Shown here: positions 38,101 through 45,261 of the stretch, piece after piece
How the letters are laid out: every line of letters begins with the position of its first letter
Numbering within the stretch: the first letter of the stretch is position 1
Source: an uncultured bacterium
Lineage (GTDB): Bacteria > Patescibacteriota > Patescibacteriia > Magasanikbacterales > GWA2-37-8
Length of the DNA stretch: 64,000 bases
Direction of reading: 5' to 3'
Assembly: GCA_937903605.1 (NCBI GenBank)
Contig: CALCZC010000025.1
Span: 67,275 to 131,274, forward strand
Notes under the pieces: generated by a model
Told to the model about the DNA's origin: nothing
What the model saw: only the letters and a program-made list of their open reading frames with translations
The model's database searches: none
Translations under genes and position numbers: made by a program

Positions 38101-38226
38101 GATATTTTGCCACCAGTATCAATGTTTTCCCCAAACGGAGAAAGAACTAAAAAAAGAGAAGGTGTTTTGGATAAATTAACAAGATATTTTGAGAGGTTTT
38201 TTGATATTAGTAAAAGAGATTTATAG
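35170..38226 (+). CDS. hsdR: Type I restriction enzyme, R subunit (helicase/endonuclease)
   Basis: N-terminal PD-(D/E)xK (…LIHIELKRRG). SF2 motifs TTGSGKT (I), FDECHRSQ (II) and further helicase motifs. 1018 aa. Confidence 0.9.
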   Translation: MSKNNNYNLVAENTQSTVVAEYVSGTKRLSQYQSEDALEKAFIKQLESQAYEYIAIKSENDLILNLRKQLEKLNSYTFSDAEWDRFFTSEIANPNQSIEEKTATIQENEVKNLYGDDGKFKRNITLLDKKNIHNNSLQVINQYVTEDGQRSNRYDVTVLVNGLPLIHIELKRRGVAIQEAFNQINRYQRESFWASSGLFEYVQLFVISNGTHTKYYSNTTRSQHVKESQEGSKNKGKKTSNSFEFTSWWADATNRPITDLMDFAKTFFAKHAILNILTKYCVFTTDRLLLVMRPYQIVATERILNRIEVSTNYKKLGTTEAGGYIWHTTGSGKTLTSFKTAQLASKLSYVDKVLFVVDRKDLDYQTMKEYDKFEKGAANSNTSTAVLKKQLEDSNSRIIITTIQKLDRFIAKNSSHTIFDGHIVIIFDECHRSQFGEMHSSIIKSFNNYHLFGFTGTPIFSKNASAGGRPDFKTTEQAFGEKLHTYTIVDAISDKNVLPFKVDYVSTVKEAENIEDAQVKDIDREAVLSAPERLENIVRYIREHFDQKTKRNSFYKIQDRRLAGFNSVFAVSSIEVAKKYYLEFKRQLADEPSDKKLKVATIFSFGVNDEDIDGMIDENSEDTSGLDVSSREFLESAIKDYNKMFGTSYDTSSEKFQNYYKDVSEKVKKREIDILIVVNMFLTGFDATTLNTLWVDKNLRLHGLLQAYSRTNRILNSIKTFGNIVCFRNLEKATNEAIALFGDKEAGGIVLLKAYEDYYNGYKEGNKEVRGYKSFVNELLAKFPIGERIIGEQNQKDFIKLYGAILRVKNILATFDEFNGNEILSDRDVQDYHSMYIDLYNEFRKADDSEKENINDDIVFEMELIKQVEINIDYVLGLIKIYHEDHVKNKELLIDINKAIDSSVELRNKKDLINQFITSLDVHSIIDEDWQKFVEEKKVQELEQIIETENLDHEATYKFIKNSFRDGNIPITGTAISDILPPVSMFSPNGERTKKREGVLDKLTRYFERFFDISKRDL

Positions 38227-38232
38227 GTTTGT

Positions 38233-38946
38233 ATGAATATTTTAGGAATACACACTGAATTTATTGTTAATTCAACTCTATTAATAGGAGCTGTGGCTTA
38301 TCTATCACACTTTTTTGGTAAAGTCATAACCGACTGCAAACCAATAGTTGATGATCGTAAATGGGATGCCGAACTTTCCGGAGTTTATTATATTGGAATG
38401 TATGTTTTTTTGCCACTTACACTTTTATTAATCATTCCGCAATCCATATTGATGAATTTTCTTGATTCAATTGGTTTAAATAGTTTTGTTGCTGTTTTAT
38501 TACAGTTTATCCTTTGCTCTTATCTTTCTGTGTTTCAAGTAATTAAGTCACGGTTTTTTTACAGTGTGCCAACAGGACAAATAAAGTGGGTTGAAAAACG
38601 AATTGTAGAATATATAAAAAAGAAACGAAATTTTAAATTAAGTATTATTTTGGTGTTACTTGCACAAATACAATTATATTATTCTAGCAATGTTAGATTA
38701 TTTATTCTTGGTTTAATATTTTGTTTGATCTTTTATTTTTTACGTGCTGCCATATTTTCTTATGATAAAAATGTAAAACTAAATAAATTTAATATTTATT
38801 TTATAGATACAACGATTGCACCTTTACTTAATTATGATTTGGTTAAAATTAACGATGATCATATTAAGTTAAAAAAAGACGGTAAATTTATGATTATAAA
38901 TAAAAATACTATTTTACGTCTTGAGTGTTTAGAAAAAGAAAAATAA
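38233..38946 (+). CDS. hypothetical membrane protein
   Basis: 237 aa with about five TM helices. Very AT-rich. Confidence 0.4.
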   Translation: MNILGIHTEFIVNSTLLIGAVAYLSHFFGKVITDCKPIVDDRKWDAELSGVYYIGMYVFLPLTLLLIIPQSILMNFLDSIGLNSFVAVLLQFILCSYLSVFQVIKSRFFYSVPTGQIKWVEKRIVEYIKKKRNFKLSIILVLLAQIQLYYSSNVRLFILGLIFCLIFYFLRAAIFSYDKNVKLNKFNIYFIDTTIAPLLNYDLVKINDDHIKLKKDGKFMIINKNTILRLECLEKEK

Positions 38947-38953
38947 TAAAAAT

Positions 38954-39592
38954 ATGAATTTAAATGATTATACCAAAAGATTTGAAAAATGTTATCAAAT
39001 TTTTTCCGAAACTTTTTTAAGTTTTTTTGTTTGGAAGGGATTACAAGATAAAGATTTTGAAAAGACATATTCAGAAAATAATTATTTTTGGTCCGCCATT
39101 CTTCGTTCGCTTGAAAATGATTGGCTTACTAATCTTGCAAAAATATATGAAGAATCAAGATATAGTAAAGAAAATGAAGTAATTTCTGTGTATGCTCTTG
39201 TATCATACCAGGCTGACCTTGATCGAGCAGTCAAAGTCAGACAGATTTTAGAAGTAAATGCAGATATTATTAAAAATATTCAAATTTTACGTCATAATCA
39301 GTTGGCGCACAATAATGCTGAGCATTTACTAAAGCCGGAGACGTTGTTAGAGAAATTTCCGATTGAATATAATAAAGTAGAACAACTTGTGTTGTTAACA
39401 GATGAAGTTTTATCAAATTTACATCCTGAAACGGGTCACGGATATATTTATAAAATGCTTTCTGAAGATGCTGTCAACGACAGTAAAAATATTATAAAAA
39501 AATTACAATATTATTCAAAACTTCACCATAATCATTCAGAAAAATTTAGGTGTGGAGAAGTAAATGATTGGAAATTTCCACCAGATTTATAA
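38954..39592 (+). CDS. HEPN-like (R-x4-6-H) Abi-type hypothetical protein
   Basis: …ILRHNQLAHNNAEH… fits the HEPN Rx4-6H motif. Immediately downstream of hsdR. Confidence 0.4.
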   Translation: MNLNDYTKRFEKCYQIFSETFLSFFVWKGLQDKDFEKTYSENNYFWSAILRSLENDWLTNLAKIYEESRYSKENEVISVYALVSYQADLDRAVKVRQILEVNADIIKNIQILRHNQLAHNNAEHLLKPETLLEKFPIEYNKVEQLVLLTDEVLSNLHPETGHGYIYKMLSEDAVNDSKNIIKKLQYYSKLHHNHSEKFRCGEVNDWKFPPDL

Positions 39593-39603
39593 TTTAAATA
39601 AAT

Positions 39604-40179
39604 ATGCAAACACCGATTTTAATAAAAGAACATGTGAGTATAACTCAATTTATTAATTTTTGGTCAAGTTATTATATTTATGCAAAAATTGAAAATTATT
39701 ATATAAAAAATATAAATAAAAAAGTATTTGATAGTGAAACGTTAAACGCTTTATTTATGTGGAAGAATGGATCTGTGTTAAGTAAAAAAAAGAAAGATTC
39801 TCTGAATAAAAATATTATAAGAAAAATTGAAATAATAAATTCTCTTAAAAATAAATTTGATTTCGATCTGTTTAAAAAGGAATTTAAAAATGTGTCTGTA
39901 ATATGGAAAATTTTTCTTCTAAACTTAATTAAACCGAAAACATACCCCATATTTGATCAACATGTTTTTAGAGCGATGAAATTTATTAAATTTTCTAAAA
40001 TTGAAGAAGTTCCAAATAATGACAGAGAAAAAGAAGAAGTATATTTTGATGAATACATAGATTTTTTTAATAAAATTAAAGCTGAATTACCAAGAGATTT
40101 TGATAATAAAAAAATTGATGAAGCACTTTGGTCTTTTGGAAAATTTCTTAAGAGTAATTACAAAACAATTTTATGTTAG
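39604..40179 (+). CDS. hypothetical protein
   Basis: 191-aa Lys-rich ORF. No motif recognised. Confidence 0.35.
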   Translation: MQTPILIKEHVSITQFINFWSSYYIYAKIENYYIKNINKKVFDSETLNALFMWKNGSVLSKKKKDSLNKNIIRKIEIINSLKNKFDFDLFKKEFKNVSVIWKIFLLNLIKPKTYPIFDQHVFRAMKFIKFSKIEEVPNNDREKEEVYFDEYIDFFNKIKAELPRDFDNKKIDEALWSFGKFLKSNYKTILC

Positions 40180-40946
40180 GTGCTATTGCCGGTGACATTA
40201 TAGGTTCCGCTTTTGAATGGAACAACAAAAAAACAACGGACTTCTCTTTGTTTTCTGAAAAATCTATTTTTACCGATGACACCATAATGACTGTGGTGGT
40301 GATGGAAAGTTTGCTTACAAATAAAGATTATTTTTTTAAATTCAAAGATATAGGTCGCAGGTATCCGGATGCCGGATGGGGAGATGTATTTAGACAGTGG
40401 CTTTTTTCTCGACAAGAAGAACCCAACGATAGCTTTGGAAACGGCGCGGCAATGAGAGTAAGCCCTATGGGTTTCTTTTTTGACGACCTTGATTCTGTTT
40501 TGGAAGAAACGGCAATATGTACAAATATATCCCACGACCACGTAGAAGCTCGCAAAGGCGCACAAGCTGTGGCTTCTGCCGTATTTTTGGCTAGGACCGG
40601 TAAAACCAAGCAAGAGATTAAAGAATACGTTGAAAAGAAGTTTGGATATGATTTAAGCAGAAAATTGGATGATATTCGGCCGAATTACAGGTATGATGTA
40701 AGTTGTCAGGGGTCCGTACCAGAAGCTATTATCGCTTTTTTGGAATCAGAAAATTTTGAGGATGCTATCCGAAAAGCGGTTTCTTTGGGAGGGGATAGTG
40801 ATACTATCGCTTGTATAACCGGTGGCGTTGCCGAAGCTTTTTATAAAGGTGTACCAATTGATATAATGGAAAAGGTTAGAGTTTTATTACCGCCAGAATT
40901 GTTGGAAATAGTAGATAAATTTTACGAATATATTAATAATAAATAA
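40173..40946 (+). CDS. ADP-ribosylglycohydrolase (DraG/ARH family)
   Basis: N-terminal MLGAIAGDIIGS and C-terminal GGDSDTIACITGG. Both are hallmark ARH motifs. Confidence 0.85.
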   Translation: MLGAIAGDIIGSAFEWNNKKTTDFSLFSEKSIFTDDTIMTVVVMESLLTNKDYFFKFKDIGRRYPDAGWGDVFRQWLFSRQEEPNDSFGNGAAMRVSPMGFFFDDLDSVLEETAICTNISHDHVEARKGAQAVASAVFLARTGKTKQEIKEYVEKKFGYDLSRKLDDIRPNYRYDVSCQGSVPEAIIAFLESENFEDAIRKAVSLGGDSDTIACITGGVAEAFYKGVPIDIMEKVRVLLPPELLEIVDKFYEYINNK

Positions 40947-40947
40947 T

Positions 40948-41745
40948 ATGTCCGAATACTACACCCCCAAACGTACAAAAAATATCTTTGATCCAAAATC
41001 CAAAGAGCCTTTTAAAATATCTCGTTCCAAACTGGACCTATTTTTAAACTGCCCTCGCTGTTTTTATTTGGATCGTCGTCTCGGTGTTGGTCAACCGCCC
41101 GGATATCCTTTCAACCTCAACTCTGCCGTTGATGCCTTGCTCAAAAAAGAATTTGATATTCATCGCGCGAAAAACACTACCCATCCGCTCATGAAAACAT
41201 ACGGATTGGACCTTGTTCCGCTTGCCCATGACAAAATGAACGAATGGCGAGAGAATTTTGTCGGCGTGCAATATTTGCACGAGCCTACCAATTTGATTAT
41301 CACCGGCGCGGTTGATGATCTATGGGTGGATGCTCCCACCCCCTCTACCTCCTCTTCCGCCAAAGGCGGACAGGCGGGCAGGGGGAGAGAAAAAATTTAT
41401 ATTGTTGACTACAAGTCTACGAGTAAAAGCACGGAAGTGAACTTGGATGCTGACTGGCAAATAGGATATAAGAGACAGATGGAGGTTTATCAATGGTTGA
41501 TGCGTAAAAATGGCTTTCAGGTTTCTGATACCGGTTATTTTGTCTATTGCAACGGCCGGACCGACCGAGAGGCCTTTGACAGTAAATTGGAATTTGATGT
41601 AAAGATTATTCCCTACATTGGCGATGATAGTTGGGTGGAAAAAGCCATCGTTGCCGCGCACAAATGTCTGATGAGCGACAAAATCCCCAAAGCAGGGGAG
41701 GGTTGCGATTTTTGTCGTTACGTCGATGAAGCGAGTAAATTTTAG
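40948..41745 (+). CDS. Cas4-like / RecB-family PD-(D/E)xK nuclease with Fe-S cysteines
   Basis: N-terminal …SRSKLDLFLNCPRCFYL…, core IVDYKST…QMEVYQWL, and C-terminal …GEGCDFCRY. It carries a low-complexity GC-rich insert (APTPSTSSSAKGGQAGRGRE). Confidence 0.65.
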   Translation: MSEYYTPKRTKNIFDPKSKEPFKISRSKLDLFLNCPRCFYLDRRLGVGQPPGYPFNLNSAVDALLKKEFDIHRAKNTTHPLMKTYGLDLVPLAHDKMNEWRENFVGVQYLHEPTNLIITGAVDDLWVDAPTPSTSSSAKGGQAGRGREKIYIVDYKSTSKSTEVNLDADWQIGYKRQMEVYQWLMRKNGFQVSDTGYFVYCNGRTDREAFDSKLEFDVKIIPYIGDDSWVEKAIVAAHKCLMSDKIPKAGEGCDFCRYVDEASKF

Positions 41746-41753
41746 ATTTTAGA

Positions 41754-42107
41754 TTGCTGATTTTAGATTTAAATATGGAAGACGATCCATCTATACAACA
41801 AAGTATAAAATTTTTAAAAATAACACTGATTATATTTAAGATATTTCTTTTTGTGTTAGTTTTATTTATTGGATATGTAGTTATTAATATTAAAGGTTTG
41901 AATAAAAATAGATCAACTATAGATAATTCCTGGAATTATTTTCAAGACAATACAAACGCTACTCCAATACAGAAAAAAACAGAAACGCCCATTATTGAAG
42001 AAAAAACAAAACAACTAAGTGACGAAGAGCTAAAAGCTATTTATCAAGCTCAAGAAAATGAAATTAAGGAAGCGGAAGAAAGGGCTAGACAAAAATATAA
42101 TTTTTAA
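41754..42107 (+). CDS. hypothetical protein (TM helix + coiled-coil)
   Basis: 117-aa ORF. No motif. Confidence 0.35.
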   Translation: MLILDLNMEDDPSIQQSIKFLKITLIIFKIFLFVLVLFIGYVVINIKGLNKNRSTIDNSWNYFQDNTNATPIQKKTETPIIEEKTKQLSDEELKAIYQAQENEIKEAEERARQKYNF

Positions 42108-42110
42108 TTT

Positions 42111-42713
42111 ATGTTCAAACAAGTTATTGTCATCCATGGCGGAGACAGTTACAACACTTACAAAGAATATCTTTCCAATTTAAAAAAGATAAATTTAAAT
42201 TTTGAAAAGATGTTTCGAAAAGGTTGGAAAGATGGTTTAGATAAATCGCTTGGTAAAAACTTTCAAGTGATAATGCCAAGCATGCCCAACAAATCCAATG
42301 CTCGTTTTGAAGAATGGAAAATTTGGTTTGAGAAATTGTTCCCGTATTTAAACAAAGAAGTTATTTTAATAGGACATTCGCTTGGTGCCAGTTTTTTGCT
42401 CCGATATTTATCGGAGAATAAGTTCCCCAAAAAAATTAAAGCGACTTTTTTAGTCTCTGCTCCTTACGAGCAAACAGGCATGAAGACGGAATTGGGCGAC
42501 AGTTTCCGTTTTGGCAAAGATATGAGTTTGCTTATTAAGCAATCGCCAAGATTGGTTTTTTATCACAGCAAAGACGACAAAATCGTGCCTTATGCGGATT
42601 TTAAGAAGTTTCAAGATCTTTTCCCCGGCGCTTGTTTTGTAGAATTTGCAGATAGGGGACATTTCAATCAAGAAAATTTCCCAGAAATAGTTAAAGATTT
42701 GAAAGTACTTTAG
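42111..42713 (+). CDS. alpha/beta hydrolase (YdeN/RBBP9-like serine hydrolase)
   Basis: G-x-S-x-G nucleophile elbow IGHSLGASFL. About 200 aa. Confidence 0.6.
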   Translation: MFKQVIVIHGGDSYNTYKEYLSNLKKINLNFEKMFRKGWKDGLDKSLGKNFQVIMPSMPNKSNARFEEWKIWFEKLFPYLNKEVILIGHSLGASFLLRYLSENKFPKKIKATFLVSAPYEQTGMKTELGDSFRFGKDMSLLIKQSPRLVFYHSKDDKIVPYADFKKFQDLFPGACFVEFADRGHFNQENFPEIVKDLKVL

Positions 42714-42717
42714 ATTT

Positions 42718-43194
42718 ATGAGTGTTGTTACCTTTAAACCTCACGACAGAAAAGACATTCCCTTGCGAGTAAAATGGTTGAATAATAAAAAAGCCAATGT
42801 TTGCGCTATTGATAATCCGGAAAGCGGAACGACTTTAGAAAAAGAAACGAAGTGGTTTGATGAATATGAAAAAAATCCAACCAAAAAATTCTTTACCATT
42901 TATAGCGATGAAACACCGATTGGGTTGATGGGGCTATCTAATATTAATTTAAATACTAAAACCGCCAAATTATTTATTTTGATAGGGGAGGATGAATATC
43001 GTGGAAAAGGAATTGGAAAAACATCGCTCAAATATATAATTGATTATGCTTTTAATGATATAGGACTCTATTCTATTTTTTTGGAAGTGAAGAGAATTAA
43101 TTATCCAGCAATCAAACTTTATGAATCATTTGGTTTTGTAGATAACGGACCAGGAGATAAAGAATTTAGATATATGGTGTTTGATAAAAAATAA
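42718..43194 (+). CDS. GNAT family N-acetyltransferase
   Basis: Acetyl-CoA binding R/Q-xx-G-x-G/A (YRGKGIGKT). Confidence 0.7.
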   Translation: MSVVTFKPHDRKDIPLRVKWLNNKKANVCAIDNPESGTTLEKETKWFDEYEKNPTKKFFTIYSDETPIGLMGLSNINLNTKTAKLFILIGEDEYRGKGIGKTSLKYIIDYAFNDIGLYSIFLEVKRINYPAIKLYESFGFVDNGPGDKEFRYMVFDKK

Positions 43195-43208
43195 AATATT
43201 AAAATTAT

Positions 43209-43901
43209 ATGTCCAAACCTCGTCGTGTTGCTATCTTTGACATTGACGGAACGATATTTCGCTCCAGTCTTTTGATTGAGATAACCGAAGCCCTGATAGA
43301 TGAAGGTATATTTTCTCCCAATACCAGAAATATCTACATGAAACCCTACAAAAACTGGTCCAATCGCCGGGATACTTATGAGAAATACATTGATTCGGTG
43401 GTAGTGGCTTTCTTGAAAAACATCAAAGGTGTTGATTATGATATTTTTACCAAAATTGTCAGAAGGGTGATAAATGCGAAAAAAGACCGGGTTTATCGTT
43501 ATACTCGCGATTTGGTACATGACCTAAAAAAGAAAGGATTTTTCTTGTTGGCAATTTCTCAATCACCCAAAGAACTCGTGCAAGATTTCGGTTATAAGAT
43601 GGGGTTTGATAAAGTTTACGGTCAATATTACGAAGTTGGTAAAAACAAGAAATTTACCGGTAAAGTTTTATCATTAGAGATGACCGGCAACAAAGCCAAT
43701 TTACTCAACCGCGCGTTGGAGAGAAACAATATTACTTTGAAAGGATCTGTTGGAGTTGGGGATAGTGAAAGTGACATTGCTTTTTTGAAAATGGTGGATA
43801 ATCCGATTTGTTTCAATCCCAACAACAAACTTTACCAACATGCCAAAAAACATGGGTGGGCTGTGGTGGTGGAGAGGAAAGACGTAACATATAAGATATA
43901 A
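43209..43901 (+). CDS. HAD-superfamily hydrolase (phosphoserine-phosphatase-like, subfamily IB)
   Basis: Motif I VAIFDIDGTI. Motif IV GVGDSESDIAFLK. Confidence 0.75.
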   Translation: MSKPRRVAIFDIDGTIFRSSLLIEITEALIDEGIFSPNTRNIYMKPYKNWSNRRDTYEKYIDSVVVAFLKNIKGVDYDIFTKIVRRVINAKKDRVYRYTRDLVHDLKKKGFFLLAISQSPKELVQDFGYKMGFDKVYGQYYEVGKNKKFTGKVLSLEMTGNKANLLNRALERNNITLKGSVGVGDSESDIAFLKMVDNPICFNPNNKLYQHAKKHGWAVVVERKDVTYKI

Positions 43902-44063
43902 AAAATACTGGATATTGAATATTGAATATTGCGAAAATAAATAAATAATATGATGTCTATGATTATAATAGGAATAGTATTAATTTTGGTGATAGTTGGA
44001 GTGGTGAGTTGGTATTTTGTAGATTGAAAGATTACAAGATTTAAAGATTACAAGATTAACAAA

Positions 44064-44176
44064 ATGTCATCCCCGCGAAGGCGGGGATCCAGGACATTTC
44101 GCCACTGGACCTGCCTGTCCGGTAGGCAGGTTCCCGCTCGTCCCAAAGGGACCCCTTCGGGGGAGGCGGGAATGAC
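44064..44176. repeat. composite family-1 nested-hairpin element
   Basis: tGTCATccccgcgaaggcggggatccagg … gacctgcctgtccggtaggcaggt … cgtcccaaagggaccccttcgggggaggcgggaATGACAag. Confidence 0.7.
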
Positions 44177-44245
44177 AAGTCAACGTAAATTGATAACTAA
44201 AAATTAATTAAAAATTGTAAAATTATAAAATTAAAAATTGCCATT

Positions 44246-44647
44246 ATGTCCAACTGTATTTTTTGTAAAATCATTGCCGGAGAAATTCCGTGCCATAAAA
44301 TCTATGAAGACGATTATGCTTTGGCATTCCTAGATATTTTTCCTCATGCCAAGGGTCACACAGTCGTGATTCCAAAAAAACATTTGGAAAATATTGATGA
44401 ATTTAGCGCGGAGGAATGGAACTTTTTGATGTCTGCGGTTCACAAAGTTGCCAAAAGAGTAGAGGAAGTACTCAAGCCAGACGGGCTCAATATCGCGATG
44501 AATGATAAGCCTGTTGCCGGACAAATAGTACCACACACCCATTGGCATATCTTGCCGAGATACGAGGGCGACGGGGGAGGATCTATACATTCTATAATTA
44601 AAAATCCCGGGGATATCAAACCCGAAGAATTGATAAAATTATTTTAA
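44246..44647 (+). CDS. HIT (histidine triad) family nucleotide hydrolase
   Basis: H-x-H-x-H-hh motif HTHWHILPR. Confidence 0.85.
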   Translation: MSNCIFCKIIAGEIPCHKIYEDDYALAFLDIFPHAKGHTVVIPKKHLENIDEFSAEEWNFLMSAVHKVAKRVEEVLKPDGLNIAMNDKPVAGQIVPHTHWHILPRYEGDGGGSIHSIIKNPGDIKPEELIKLF

Positions 44648-44650
44648 ATT

Positions 44651-45202
44651 ATGCGTAAAGCAAAAAAAACCGACGAAGAAATAATTCACCAAAATCCGTG
44701 GTGGACTTACAAACACGACAAATTTGAAAAAGACGACGGCACTGTCGGTGATTATTTTTATGCGCAAACAAATAACAGTGCGATGATCGTGCCTGTGCTT
44801 GATGACGGGAGAGTGATATTAGTCAGTCAATATCGCTATTTACAAGATCGAGAAAGTATCGAATTTCCTTGCGGACAATTACAAGAAGACGAAGCGCCCT
44901 CAGAAGGTGCCAAGCGTGAATTGTTTGAAGAAACCGGTTATAAAGGCGGGGATTTGATCAAAGTAGGTAATTTTTGCGGAATAAAAGGTATGGTCAAAGA
45001 CGATACTCATCTATTCCTCGGGACCGATCTCAAACAAATAGATGAACCGCAAAAGGAAGATGATAGCGGGAAGATGGAAGTGATTTATCGTCGAGTGGAT
45101 GAATTGGAACAAATGATAATAGACGGTAAAATCTGGGATGGGCAAACGTTGGCTGCTTGGGCGCTAGTGCGCGATCATCTGCACAAATTAATTTCCGGAT
45201 AA
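44651..45202 (+). CDS. NUDIX hydrolase
   Basis: Nudix box GAKRELFEETGY. Confidence 0.8.
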   Translation: MRKAKKTDEEIIHQNPWWTYKHDKFEKDDGTVGDYFYAQTNNSAMIVPVLDDGRVILVSQYRYLQDRESIEFPCGQLQEDEAPSEGAKRELFEETGYKGGDLIKVGNFCGIKGMVKDDTHLFLGTDLKQIDEPQKEDDSGKMEVIYRRVDELEQMIIDGKIWDGQTLAAWALVRDHLHKLISG

Positions 45203-45261
45203 GCTATTTTTAGAGTTTTTGTTTTTGTGATATAATATAGTTAGCTAAAAAAATTTTAAAT

